Of a stretch of DNA of 52,809 bases, positions 1-9,882 are shown piece after piece (position 1 is the stretch's first letter; each line of letters opens with the position of its first letter). The position numbers and the translations under genes are program-made. The notes under the pieces are model-generated. The model worked only from the letters and a program-made list of their open reading frames with translations. It ran no database searches and had not been told where the DNA came from. The stretch covers positions 1-52,809 of the forward strand of contig DALYDA010000002.1 of the NCBI GenBank assembly GCA_031973435.1. The letters are read 5' to 3'. This DNA is from Minisyncoccota bacterium. GTDB lineage: Bacteria; Patescibacteriota; Minisyncoccia; Phycocordibacterales; UBA9973.

Positions 1-42
1 ATACTATGTCAAGTACGAGTGCTTGGAAAAGATATACATGTA

Positions 43-70
43 AATAAAAAATAACTACAGGAATGTAGTT
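43..70 (-). terminator. Intrinsic terminator-like hairpin closing the 338->45 unit
   Basis: Minus strand reads AACTACA-TTCC-TGTAGTT followed by ATTTTTTATTT. Confidence 0.5.
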
Positions 71-338
71 ATGATTCTATAAATATTATTTTGCCTTTTT
101 TTCGAAGTAGTTCAAGGGACGACAAAAGTAGCGGTTCGGACTGTATTTCTTCTCCGCCAATTTTTGAAACAAGCACAATTTTTGTATCCTTGTTTCTATT
201 CCCAGTGCCTTGCGAGCTGGACTCAATTGGATTTCCTGCAACGCGTCTTTCAACTCTGTTTTTCCCCTCGCCCGTGTAAAACCGGGCGCCATCCCTGAAA
301 GGATGATCTTCTTCCTTTTTTTTCATTATCCTTTATTT
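45..338 (-). ncRNA. Unclassified promoter/terminator-bounded unit; candidate structured RNA (alternative: 85-aa ORF 69..326)
   Basis: Locally GC-richer. Three overlapping ORFs of 62-85 aa are open on both strands. GC-rich hairpin CGCCCG-GTTTTACA-CGGGCG. Long-range pairing TTCAGGGA / TCCCT(T)GAA. Own promoter and terminator. Confidence 0.35.
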
Positions 339-344
339 TTTATA

Positions 345-373
345 TTTATAATACATTGTTCTAGATAAGTCAA
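345..373 (-). promoter_or_regulatory. Sigma70-like promoter TTGACT-17-TATAAA
   Basis: -35 at 373..368, exact 17-nt spacer, -10 at 350..345 (read on minus strand). Confidence 0.5.
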
Positions 374-404
374 TAGACAAAAGTTCTTTAAAATATAGAA
401 TATT

Positions 405-1478
405 ATGTATAATTTCACTTATATGCCACTCGACGTTATAAAAGTATTCTTACCAGCTACACTTACTTTTCTTGTTGGTATCTTTCTCACTCCACGTTTT
501 ACATACTATTTTTATAAATACAAACTATGGAAAGGAGTTTCAAGAAAGGACAATGTAGATGCTATGTCTGTCGCTTTCCTTGCTCTTCATAATGATAAGG
601 AGGAAACGTCTACTCCACGAGTTGGTGGAATCATAGTGTGGTTTTCAGTATTTGTAACAACTATGCTTCTATGGCTTGTTGCAAGATTTGTGCCAGGAGA
701 CACTGCTTCTAAATTTGATTTCGTTAGTCGTAGCCAAACGTGGTTGCCTTTCGCAGGACTTTTACTCGGTGGGTTTATAGGACTATTCGAAGATTTTGTA
801 GAAATATTTGGTAAAAATGGTAGAGCTTCTGCACAAGGGATATCTAGTAAATATCTAATCCTAATAATCTTAGCAATCGGAACTCTTGTTGGGTGGTGGT
901 TTTTTGAGAAACTTGGAATCAGTACTATTCATATACCTTTTAATGGTGATATAGACATAGGTCTGTTGTTTATTCCATTTTTTGCAATCGTAATGCTCGG
1001 GGTTTTCTCAAGTAGAGTAATAGATGGCATAGACGGACTTGCAGCGGGAGTTTTGTCTATCGTATTTTCTTCATATGCGGTTATAGCCTTTTTTGAAAAC
1101 CAGATAGACTTGGCAGTTTTCTCAGCGGTTGTTGCAGGAGCGATACTTTCATTTTTGTGGTTCAATATTCCTCCAGCACGATTCTATATGGGAGAGACAG
1201 GTATGCTTTCGCTCGCAATTTCTCTCACAGTTATTGTTTTTATGACAGGAGAAGTCCTACTTCTCATTATTGTAGGGCTCCCACTTGTTGTTACGTCACT
1301 TTCTTCTGCAATCCAGATTTTTTCAAAAAAGTATTTCCATAAAAAAGTTTTTAAGATTGCTCCACTTCACCACCATTTCGAAGCTCTGGGATGGTCTCGT
1401 GCAAAAATAACAATGAGATATTGGATCATATCTTTGGTATCTGCTGTTATCGGAATCGTAATTGCACTCATAAGTTAA
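405..1478 (+). CDS. mraY: Phospho-N-acetylmuramoyl-pentapeptide transferase
   Basis: 357-aa polytopic membrane protein. Motifs DGIDGLAAG, FYMGETGMLSLA, APLHHHFE. Followed by ftsW and murG. Confidence 0.93.
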   Translation: MYNFTYMPLDVIKVFLPATLTFLVGIFLTPRFTYYFYKYKLWKGVSRKDNVDAMSVAFLALHNDKEETSTPRVGGIIVWFSVFVTTMLLWLVARFVPGDTASKFDFVSRSQTWLPFAGLLLGGFIGLFEDFVEIFGKNGRASAQGISSKYLILIILAIGTLVGWWFFEKLGISTIHIPFNGDIDIGLLFIPFFAIVMLGVFSSRVIDGIDGLAAGVLSIVFSSYAVIAFFENQIDLAVFSAVVAGAILSFLWFNIPPARFYMGETGMLSLAISLTVIVFMTGEVLLLIIVGLPLVVTSLSSAIQIFSKKYFHKKVFKIAPLHHHFEALGWSRAKITMRYWIISLVSAVIGIVIALIS

Positions 1479-1479
1479 T

Positions 1480-2592
1480 ATGAAAAAAGAGGGAACAGTA
1501 GACAAGTTCTTCCTTACGGTAGTAATGCTTCTTGCTGGACTTGGAGCAATAATTTTCGTTTCGGCATCTTTCGGGGTTCTCGCGGGAAGCAAAGAGACAT
1601 TTACTAGTATACTCATAAGTCAGCTTGTGTTTGGTCTCGGGCTAGGAGCATTTATATGTTACCTAGTGTCGCATATTCATTACAAAAAATGGAGATCATA
1701 TTCATTGTTCCTTTTTATATTTGGTCTAATTGCTTGTTTACTAGTTTTTGTTCCGGGACTAGGTGCTGAATACAATGGTGCAAGAAGGTGGCTTTCTCTT
1801 GGACCTCTTTCATTCCAACCCGCAGAACTTCTAAAAATAGTTGCAGTTGTGTACCTGTCAGCTTGGCTTTCTTTTTCGAGAAAGAAAGGACACAAGTTCG
1901 TGTACAGTATAATTCCTCTCTTTGCTGTTCTTTTGCTTTCAGCCGGAGTGCTTTTGGCCCAGCCAGATACAAAAAGTTTTCTGCTTATCTCGGGTGCAAC
2001 TATCGCTATGTTTATGATCTCTGGAGTGAACTGGAAATATATAGTATCTATTGGAGCCGTCTGCGTGATTTTCCTTGGAATGGTACTGGCCTTTCGTCCG
2101 TATACGCTCGATAGAGTGCAAACTTTTGTAAATCCATCCCTAGACGAACAAGGTGCAGGATATCAGCTCAAGCAGTCTCTCATTGCCATAGGTTCTGGTG
2201 GAGTGTTTGGCAGAGGACTCGGTCAGAGCGTGCAAAAATTTACATACCTACCAGAACCACACGGAGACTCTATATTTGCGGTTCTTGGAGAAGAGTTTGG
2301 TTTTGTCGGAACAACGGTTGTTGTGCTCCTGTATCTTGCACTTGGTCTCCGTGGTCTAAAGATCGCAAAAGCAGCACCAGATATGTTCGGTAGACTATTG
2401 GTTGTTGGAATTGTTATACTTTTCGTAGGTCAGTCATTCTTGAATATCTTTTCGATGATTGGACTTTTCCCGTTAACTGGTGTGCCTCTTATTTTCATCA
2501 GTCACGGAGGAACAGCGTTACTATTTTCCTTTACGGCAGTCGGAATAGTTTTGAATGTGTCTCGATACAGTGCGCTTGGAAACAATGACTAA
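1480..2592 (+). CDS. ftsW: SEDS-family cell division/elongation protein FtsW/RodA
   Basis: 370 aa, about 10 TM. Motif PEPHGDSIFAVLGEEFGF. Starts 2 nt after the mraY stop. Confidence 0.9.
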   Translation: MKKEGTVDKFFLTVVMLLAGLGAIIFVSASFGVLAGSKETFTSILISQLVFGLGLGAFICYLVSHIHYKKWRSYSLFLFIFGLIACLLVFVPGLGAEYNGARRWLSLGPLSFQPAELLKIVAVVYLSAWLSFSRKKGHKFVYSIIPLFAVLLLSAGVLLAQPDTKSFLLISGATIAMFMISGVNWKYIVSIGAVCVIFLGMVLAFRPYTLDRVQTFVNPSLDEQGAGYQLKQSLIAIGSGGVFGRGLGQSVQKFTYLPEPHGDSIFAVLGEEFGFVGTTVVVLLYLALGLRGLKIAKAAPDMFGRLLVVGIVILFVGQSFLNIFSMIGLFPLTGVPLIFISHGGTALLFSFTAVGIVLNVSRYSALGNND

Positions 2593-2622
2593 TATTTAAT
2601 AACTTTTTAATTTATATATTTT

Positions 2623-3756
2623 ATGAAGATAGGTTTTGCTGGAGGGGGAACAGGGGGACACTTCTACCCGATAATAGCGGTTGCAGAAGAGGTAAACAAA
2701 ATAATTGACGAGCAAAAACTGATCAATACTTCACTTGTTTATATTTCTACAGATCCCTATGACAAATCTGCACTTTTGCAAAACGGGATAACATTCGAAA
2801 AGATCTACGCGGGGAAACTAAGAGTGTATTTTTCTATAAAAAACTTTTTCGATATTTTTAAAACAATATTTGGAGTTCTTAAGGCAATAGGAACTATGTA
2901 TAGAGTTTATCCCGATGTGATATTTTCAAAAGGAGCATATGCAAGTTTTCCGACAGTTTTTGCTGCGAGGATATTGGGCATACCAGTTTTCATACACGAA
3001 TCAGACTCTGCTCCCGGTAGAGTGAATGAGTGGAGTGGTAAGTTTGCAAAAAGGATAGCACTCTCATTTGGCGATGCTGCAAAATATTTTCCAAAAGATA
3101 AAGTCGCTGTAACGGGTCAGCCTATAAGAAATGAGATAAAAGAAAAGGCGATACATGGAATGGGAGAGTACTTTGGGCTAAATGAAACTATGCCAGTTAT
3201 ATATGTGGTTGGTGGCTCACAGGGATCACAAACTATAAACGATGTTGTAATAGACGCTCTCCCTCAGCTTTTGGAAAAGTATCAAGTAATACATGTCGCA
3301 GGTCTCGATAAGTACGAAAAAATAAAAGAACAAGCAAAAGTTGTCATGTCTGGAAAACCGGAACTTTTAGAGAGATACAAGGTTGTTGGTTTCCTAAATA
3401 CACTTGGACTCAAGATGGCAGGGGGTATTGCAAGTCTTGCTATTACAAGAGGTGGGAGCTCTACGATATTTGAACTTGCTCAATGGGGGATACCTTGCCT
3501 TGTTGTTCCAATAGAGAAATCAAACAAAGACCATCAGAGAAATAACGCATTTGCTATATCTGCAACAGGAGGAGCGATAGTTATAGAAGAGCCAAACTTC
3601 ACTGCTACGATTTTATTTTCAGAAATAGAAAGGATAATGAACAATAATGAGATATATGACGCAATGAAAAAAGGAGTACTCTCATTTACAACTCCAAACG
3701 CGGCGAGAACTATTGCAGAAGAGTTAGTGAAAATGGCACAGGAGCATGAAAAATAA
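2623..3756 (+). CDS. murG: UDP-GlcNAc:lipid I N-acetylglucosaminyltransferase
   Basis: N-terminal GGGTGGHFYP motif, 377 aa, dcw context. Confidence 0.9.
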   Translation: MKIGFAGGGTGGHFYPIIAVAEEVNKIIDEQKLINTSLVYISTDPYDKSALLQNGITFEKIYAGKLRVYFSIKNFFDIFKTIFGVLKAIGTMYRVYPDVIFSKGAYASFPTVFAARILGIPVFIHESDSAPGRVNEWSGKFAKRIALSFGDAAKYFPKDKVAVTGQPIRNEIKEKAIHGMGEYFGLNETMPVIYVVGGSQGSQTINDVVIDALPQLLEKYQVIHVAGLDKYEKIKEQAKVVMSGKPELLERYKVVGFLNTLGLKMAGGIASLAITRGGSSTIFELAQWGIPCLVVPIEKSNKDHQRNNAFAISATGGAIVIEEPNFTATILFSEIERIMNNNEIYDAMKKGVLSFTTPNAARTIAEELVKMAQEHEK

Positions 3757-3908
3757 AAGTACCTTACGCTAGTAATTGTATAAGACGCTCCTTTACTAAG
3801 AACAGGCTTTTCTGGAAATTACTCCAGTCTGGGTATGTACACAACCTTTTTTCGTTTTTTAGGTTGACAATAAGAGCATTTAAAAAGTAGGAATTTACTC
3901 CGAAAAAA

Positions 3909-3917
3909 TGCTAGAAT
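3909..3917 (+). promoter_or_regulatory. Extended -10 (TGcTAGAAT) placed 6 nt before the gltX ATG
   Basis: TG 3909-3910, TAGAAT 3912-3917, spacer acccat, ATG 3924. No SD. Confidence 0.55.
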
Positions 3918-3923
3918 ACCCAT

Positions 3924-5270
3924 ATGTCTGAAGATAAAAAGGTTATTACACGTTTTGCGCCGTCTCCAACGGGTTTTTTACACATAGGAAACTATAGAAC
4001 AGCAGTGTTTTCCTACTTATACGCGCGCCAGAACAATGGTGAGTTTATTTTGCGTATTGAGGATACAGACAAAGAGAGATCCAAAAAAGAGTATGAAGAC
4101 AATATCATAGAGTCATTGCAATGGCTCGGACTTAACTACGATCACTTTTATAGACAAAGTGAACAGTTGCCAAGCCACAAAAGATATTTGGATAAGATGA
4201 TATCTGATGGTTATGCATATATCTCCAAAGAAGAAGCCAAAGACGGAAGTGGTGTTGTGAAGGAAATTGTAAGATTCAAAAACCCAAACAAGGACGTTAC
4301 GTTCTCTGATATGATCCGCGGAGACATAACCATGAACACGACTGACCTCGGTGACTTTGTTATCGCAAGATCTATAGATGAACCACTATTCCATTTTGCA
4401 GTTGTCATAGATGATATGGAAGAAGGAGTCACACACATCATCCGAGGAGAAGATCATGTTTCAAATACACCTAGACAGATTCTGATTTGGGAAGCACTTG
4501 GAAAGACTCCGCCCAGATATGCACACTTGCCACTAGTGCTATCTCCAGACAGATCAAAACTTTCTAAAAGAAAAGGTGCACTTGCAATATCAGAGTACAA
4601 ATCTATGGGGTATCTTCCACAGTCGCTACTAAACTCTATGTCACTTATCGGTTGGCACCCAAGTGATGACGTAGACATACTGTCGATGGGGGATTTGATA
4701 GAGAAATTTTCAATAGAAAAAATACAAAAGGCGGGAGCGATATTTGACCAAGCAAAACTAGATTGGATAAACAAAGAGCATATAAAAAATCTTTCTAGTG
4801 AAGAAAAATTGGATTACTCAAGAAAGTTTCTACCAGAAGATTTCCTTGGTAGGGAAGAGTATAGCGATAATAAACTGTATCGAGCATTGCCACTTATTTT
4901 TGAGAGAGTTACACACTTCGGTGAACTTCGGTCTATGGCAGACGCAGGGGAGTTGGATTACTTTTTTTGGCAACCAAAATACGACCCAAGCCAACTTGCT
5001 TGGAAAGATGAACCTGTGGAAAACTCAAAACAACATTTGGAGAGAGTGTTGTCAATATTGGGTACTGCTGACGACAAGAAGGATGAAGAATACTATAAAG
5101 GACTCATATTTCCATATGCTGAGGAAGTTGGCCGTGGTAGCGTCCTATGGCCACTACGAGTATCTCTATCTGGCCTATCCAAGTCTCCTGATCCTTTCAC
5201 CCTTTTGGCATTACTAGATAAAGATGAATCTATGTCTAGGATCCGTCACGCAATCGGTTTGATTTCGTAA
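3924..5270 (+). CDS. gltX: Glutamyl-tRNA synthetase
   Basis: Class I motifs HIGN (HIGH) and KLSKRK (KMSKS). RIEDTD box. 448 aa. Confidence 0.93.
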   Translation: MSEDKKVITRFAPSPTGFLHIGNYRTAVFSYLYARQNNGEFILRIEDTDKERSKKEYEDNIIESLQWLGLNYDHFYRQSEQLPSHKRYLDKMISDGYAYISKEEAKDGSGVVKEIVRFKNPNKDVTFSDMIRGDITMNTTDLGDFVIARSIDEPLFHFAVVIDDMEEGVTHIIRGEDHVSNTPRQILIWEALGKTPPRYAHLPLVLSPDRSKLSKRKGALAISEYKSMGYLPQSLLNSMSLIGWHPSDDVDILSMGDLIEKFSIEKIQKAGAIFDQAKLDWINKEHIKNLSSEEKLDYSRKFLPEDFLGREEYSDNKLYRALPLIFERVTHFGELRSMADAGELDYFFWQPKYDPSQLAWKDEPVENSKQHLERVLSILGTADDKKDEEYYKGLIFPYAEEVGRGSVLWPLRVSLSGLSKSPDPFTLLALLDKDESMSRIRHAIGLIS

Positions 5271-5285
5271 TATACATAGAGACAT

Positions 5286-6626
5286 ATGAATAAACCCATA
5301 AGTAATACTTCTCAAAGAATAATCAAGGATCACAAGAGGAAGATTTTTTCTGTTATGTTTGTATTTCTGGCGCTTCTTTTGTTGTGTTGGTCAGACACGC
5401 AAGCTGAGACCGCAGAAAGCCTGGAGCAAAAGATACAATCACATCAAGGAGAGATAGATAAACTAAATGAAGAACTCGCTAAATACCAAAGTGAGTTGCT
5501 TGAAGTTTCAAAACAAAGTTCTTCACTTTCAAATGAAATAAAAAAGATAGACTTGACCAAAAAGAAACTAGAAACTGACATAAAGGTTACAGAACAAAAG
5601 ATAGACAAGGCAGATCTAAAGCTAGAAGAGTTATCAAATGATATCTATAGGACTGAAGGAACTATATCTTCTAGAAGAGATGTTATTAGTTCAAATATAC
5701 GTAAACTAAATACAATAGGAGACATAACTATTGTCGAAATGATAGCTTCCGGTAAGTCTTTTTCAGAAACATGGAGACATGTGGACAATATAGCCAAATT
5801 TCAAACACAAATACGAGAGAACGTTGTTGCACTCTCAAATACAAAAAAAGAACTTGTTGTAAAAGAAGATGAAACACAATCAGTAAAAGATGAATACCTA
5901 GAACTCAGATCCAAGTTAGATGATCAAAAGCAGATAGTAGTACAAAACGAATCAGAAAAAAAGAGATTACTAGGGGAGACAAAAAACAAAGAAAGTAACT
6001 ACTCAAAACTAGTTGCAGAAAAACAGGCATTGATAAAAGCCTTTGAAAACGAACTACAAAGTTATGAATCCCAACTTGTATACATACTAGATCCGTCATC
6101 TATTCCAAGTTCTGGTTCAGCGCCACTTTCATGGCCAATAGACAATGCTTTCATTACACAACAGTTTGGTATAACTTCTGACTCAAAAAGGCTATACCTT
6201 TCTGGTTCACACTCAGGAGTAGATTTCAGAGGGGCCGTTGGAACTCCTGTGTATGCGATGGCTTCGGGTACAGTAGAGGGTGTTGGAGATACAGATGTTG
6301 CATGCCGAGGAGCTTCTTTTGGAAAATGGGTATTGATAAAATATGACAACAACCTAGCCTCGACATATGGACACCTTTCTCTTATAAAAGCTCAAAAGGG
6401 AGATCGTGTAGCAAAAGGAACCATCGTTGGGTACAGTGGTAATACAGGACGTTCTACAGCTCCACACTTGCATGTGAGTCTATATGTCGGAGATGCTGTG
6501 AAGGTCGAAGGAAAAGAGTCTATTGCTTGTAAAGGAAAAATATTGATCCAGCCTCGGGCCGCCACAAATGCATATCTAGACCCGCTGTCATACATGCCAA
6601 GAACAACAGCAAGTATGTTTAAGTAG
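5286..6626 (+). CDS. M23/LytM peptidase with long coiled-coil (EnvC-like)
   Basis: N-terminal TM/signal, about 230-aa coiled coil, C-terminal HSGVDF and GNTGRSTAPHLHV motifs. Confidence 0.85.
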   Translation: MNKPISNTSQRIIKDHKRKIFSVMFVFLALLLLCWSDTQAETAESLEQKIQSHQGEIDKLNEELAKYQSELLEVSKQSSSLSNEIKKIDLTKKKLETDIKVTEQKIDKADLKLEELSNDIYRTEGTISSRRDVISSNIRKLNTIGDITIVEMIASGKSFSETWRHVDNIAKFQTQIRENVVALSNTKKELVVKEDETQSVKDEYLELRSKLDDQKQIVVQNESEKKRLLGETKNKESNYSKLVAEKQALIKAFENELQSYESQLVYILDPSSIPSSGSAPLSWPIDNAFITQQFGITSDSKRLYLSGSHSGVDFRGAVGTPVYAMASGTVEGVGDTDVACRGASFGKWVLIKYDNNLASTYGHLSLIKAQKGDRVAKGTIVGYSGNTGRSTAPHLHVSLYVGDAVKVEGKESIACKGKILIQPRAATNAYLDPLSYMPRTTASMFK

Positions 6627-6658
6627 AAACACTCAAAGGATTGATACAAAGAGAATTA

Positions 6659-6695
6659 AAAAGGCATCTATGGATAATAGGTGCCTTTGCTTTTA
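6659..6695 (+). terminator. Intrinsic terminator after the M23 gene
   Basis: AAGGCA...TGCCTT stem followed by TGCTTTT. Confidence 0.6.
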
Positions 6696-6783
6696 TCCCT
6701 ATATAATGTCGCAAAAGGTATATTGTGCGACTATCTATATATTTAAATAAGCTTATCCAATAAGCCTCCAGTGGCCCTTCTCC

Positions 6784-7227
6784 CTACTTTGTATTACTGC
6801 AACTTTCCCACATTTCTAATTGTGCGTTGTATGTAAGTATCATGTTCTCTACCTCCGCATTGTCAGCGTTATATTCGGAAACTTTTTTGTTGTAATATTC
6901 TAGATCTTCTTTATATGTGAAGCTGTACGGCGCATAAGGCTTCTCTAGGTCTATTCTAAGTTCGCTTAGTTCATTATAAAGAGTCTCTAGTGTCCCCTGT
7001 CTTTTTGCAATAGTTAGCCTCATTTCTTCACTTGGAGCTTCACAAGACACAACGATATTTCCAGAATTATCTTTTACTATGGTTGGAGAAGTTGATTGAA
7101 TTATTTTTTCTTTATCATCATAACTTTTGAAAAAGCCTATCACGTCATTTTTGAGTGTATAGATAGTTAGGCAAACAAATAGGATGATTATGAGGTTGAG
7201 TACTGTTTTTGATGATAGTCCTGTCAT
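6784..7227 (-). CDS. Hypothetical N-terminally anchored protein
   Basis: 147-aa ORF with one N-terminal TM helix. Starts 14 nt after the glmS stop. Confidence 0.6.
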   Translation of the reverse strand: MTGLSSKTVLNLIIILFVCLTIYTLKNDVIGFFKSYDDKEKIIQSTSPTIVKDNSGNIVVSCEAPSEEMRLTIAKRQGTLETLYNELSELRIDLEKPYAPYSFTYKEDLEYYNKKVSEYNADNAEVENMILTYNAQLEMWESCSNTK

Positions 7228-7240
7228 TTTTTTATTTCCT

Positions 7241-9127
7241 TTATTGCACTGTAACAGATTTTGCTAAGTTGCGTGGCTTGTCTATATTTCTACCAAGAAG
7301 TTTTGCTGTGTAATAGATGAACAATTGCAATGGAAGTATTTCTGTTAGTGGATACATCCTCGCGTCTTTCATTTCAGGGATAAATACTACATCGTCTGCT
7401 TTTAGATTTATAGGGTCTTCTGCAGAGTCACCTGATGTCAATATTATAACATTTCCTCCCTTGGCTTTTATCTGTTCTACTGTATTTTTAGTGATTGAGT
7501 ACATTTCATCCTTCGGCATTATTACAAAACAAACGGTCTCCTCATCGATTAGAGCGATCGGACCATGTTTGAGTTCACCAACAGGGTAAGCACTGCATTC
7601 TTTGTATGTGAGTTCTTTGTACTTCAGAGCGCTTTCGTAAGCGATAGGCATGTGGATCCCCTTTCCTAGAAACATAACTTTTTTATCGAGATATTTTTCT
7701 GAAAGTTTTTTTATAATTTCCTCTTTTTCGTCCAAAATCTTTTTCATCACAGCGGGAACAGTCTCAATTGTTTCGAGATATGCTTCACCTTCTAGTTTGG
7801 ACATAACACCTCTAGATCTTGCCAATGATAATGCGAGGAGATACATCACAGAACACTGTGCTGTAAAAGCCTTTGTAGAGGCAACTCCAACCTCAGTTCC
7901 TGCTCGAGTGTATATACCTGCTAGAGTTTCTTCAGCAATAGCTGACCCAACGACGTTTGTTATACCTAGAGTTGTGTAACCTGCCTTCTTAGCTTCTTTT
8001 ATAGATTCTAGCGTATCGGCAGTCTCTCCAGATTGGCTTACTGCAAGCACAACCGTGTCTTCTGGTTCATACGGATTCTTTGAATATAGAAACTCTGAAG
8101 AGACATGCACTGTAACTGGCATTTTTGCTATTCTTTCTATAAGTTCCTTTCCTATCATTCCTGCATGGTGGGCTGTACCACAACCTATAATGTCTAAGTG
8201 TTTTGTATCTCTTAGTTTGTCTCTAAAGTCTATAATTCCTCCCAAAACAGCATCTCCATGGGAGATATCGTAACGTCCAAGCATGGTGGTCATAGTGGAT
8301 GCCGGTTGTTCATGGATTTCCTTTTGCATGTATGTTTCGAAATCACCTTTTTCTAGGTCAGCGGTATTTATACCTTCTATTTTTTTTGCGTTTCTCTTTT
8401 TCTGTGTTTCTTTGTCTCTCCAAGAGTCTATTTGGTATGTCATTGTTTCTCCATCGAGAAGTGCACTCTCACCATCATCAAGTGATATAAAGGAGTCGGC
8501 GTATCGTATAAGTGCTCCAGGACTGGATGCGACTACAAACATCCCCTTTCCTTCTGCGAAACAAAGAGGACTACCATTTTTTACAATCACGAGTTCTTGG
8601 GGTGAAGATGAATGCATCGCAAGTATTCCAAAACTTCCCTCAAGGACTGTTGCAACTTTTTTCAAAGCATCGTAGAAAGAGCAACTTAGTTCCTCCATGT
8701 ACATTTGTGTTAGATGAGGGATTATTTCAGTGTCAGTTTCAGATCTAAAGACATATCCTTTTCCTTCCAACATTGATTTTAATGTTTCAAAGTTTAGTAT
8801 CGTTCCGTTGTGCACTACAGCAATAGAACCATCTGTGTTTGTGTGTGGATGAGCGTTCACGAGTGAAGGTTTTCCATGTGTTGCCCATCGATTGTGACCT
8901 ATTCCAAGAGTTGTTTCGACCTCTTTCCCAAAAGACTCCTTTATTTGTGATGCAGAAAGATTATCACTTGGTGCACCAAGACATTTTGAGACAAGCACAC
9001 TCTTTCCGTCTAGTATTGCAACCCCTGCACTGTCGTAACCTCTGTACTCTAGATCCTTGAGTGACGCAGCCAAGAGCCTCGTTATTTCTTGTTTTTCATT
9101 TGTAACTATTCCAACGATTCCGCACAT
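7241..9127 (-). CDS. glmS: Glutamine--fructose-6-phosphate aminotransferase
   Basis: N-terminal MCGIVG Ntn-amidotransferase start, two SIS domains, C-terminal KSVTVQ, 628 aa. Confidence 0.95.
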   Translation of the reverse strand: MCGIVGIVTNEKQEITRLLAASLKDLEYRGYDSAGVAILDGKSVLVSKCLGAPSDNLSASQIKESFGKEVETTLGIGHNRWATHGKPSLVNAHPHTNTDGSIAVVHNGTILNFETLKSMLEGKGYVFRSETDTEIIPHLTQMYMEELSCSFYDALKKVATVLEGSFGILAMHSSSPQELVIVKNGSPLCFAEGKGMFVVASSPGALIRYADSFISLDDGESALLDGETMTYQIDSWRDKETQKKRNAKKIEGINTADLEKGDFETYMQKEIHEQPASTMTTMLGRYDISHGDAVLGGIIDFRDKLRDTKHLDIIGCGTAHHAGMIGKELIERIAKMPVTVHVSSEFLYSKNPYEPEDTVVLAVSQSGETADTLESIKEAKKAGYTTLGITNVVGSAIAEETLAGIYTRAGTEVGVASTKAFTAQCSVMYLLALSLARSRGVMSKLEGEAYLETIETVPAVMKKILDEKEEIIKKLSEKYLDKKVMFLGKGIHMPIAYESALKYKELTYKECSAYPVGELKHGPIALIDEETVCFVIMPKDEMYSITKNTVEQIKAKGGNVIILTSGDSAEDPINLKADDVVFIPEMKDARMYPLTEILPLQLFIYYTAKLLGRNIDKPRNLAKSVTVQ

Positions 9128-9144
9128 ATAATATTAGTTAGTTG

Positions 9145-9525
9145 TTAGTACTGACATGTTGATGATTTTTCATATCCAGCGAGTTCGGCTTCTTCTTCAG
9201 AACTAAACCATATTTTGTTTTCTTCATTTATGGTTTTTGCTCCCGAGCAATCTTTTGTATAATATTTTGTTCCATTTCTCGACGCAAGGTACTTTCCCTC
9301 GTTTGTTTCAGTATTCTCCGATAGTATCTTGTCCTCGGTTGGGTCAAGATCTTCTCCGTCCAATATGACTACTTTGTTTGGGGTGGCACTATCCCCTCCT
9401 CTGTCTACCGACAGCCTGCCTAGGCCATATGAAGCTGTCCCTACCAAAATAACTATAAAAATCAAGGTAATATCCGCGATGTCTAACCCACCCTTGATTT
9501 TCTCCAAGTATTTATGTATACTCAT
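9145..9525 (-). CDS. Hypothetical membrane-anchored protein with C-terminal Cys...Cys motif
   Basis: 126 aa, one TM. C-terminus YYTKDCSG...WFSSEEEAELAGYEKSSTC resembles small Ada-like metal-binding modules (low confidence). Confidence 0.6.
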   Translation of the reverse strand: MSIHKYLEKIKGGLDIADITLIFIVILVGTASYGLGRLSVDRGGDSATPNKVVILDGEDLDPTEDKILSENTETNEGKYLASRNGTKYYTKDCSGAKTINEENKIWFSSEEEAELAGYEKSSTCQY

Positions 9526-9575
9526 AGCGTTATTAAACAGTATAGCATAGACCTTAAAAGGTCAAATATCTTTAT

Positions 9576-9851
9576 ATGGCAACGAAAAAAGCCGCCGGAA
9601 CAGCAAAAAACCTAAGAGATTCAAATCCAAAGTACCTCGGTACTAAGCTTTATGATGGTGAATCAGCGCGAGCAGGCTCAGTTATCATAAGACAAAGAGG
9701 AACAAAGATCCTACCAGGAAAAAATGTTGGAATAGGAAGTGACCATACTTTGTTTGCTCTGAAAGAGGGTAAGGTTAAATTTGGATCAAAAAGAAAAACT
9801 CATTTTGACGGAACAACAAAAGTTAAAAAAATAGTTTCAGTAGTAGAATAA
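9576..9851 (+). CDS. rpmA: 50S ribosomal protein L27
   Basis: 91 aa; [19 protein letters not shown]...RQRGTK..PG.NVG signature. Confidence 0.95.
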   Translation: MATKKAAGTAKNLRDSNPKYLGTKLYDGESARAGSVIIRQRGTKILPGKNVGIGSDHTLFALKEGKVKFGSKRKTHFDGTTKVKKIVSVVE

Positions 9852-9853
9852 AT

Positions 9854-9878
9854 AAAAGCCCCGAACATAGGGGCTTTT
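9854..9878. terminator. Bidirectional terminator between convergent rpmA and rplI
   Basis: AAAAGCCCC-GAACATA-GGGGCTTTT. Confidence 0.75.
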
Positions 9879-9882
9879 ATTT

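Noticed and set aside
9128-9144. Possible glmS ribozyme upstream of glmS
   Set aside because: Only 17 nt separate glmS from the upstream gene, which leaves no room for the ribozyme.
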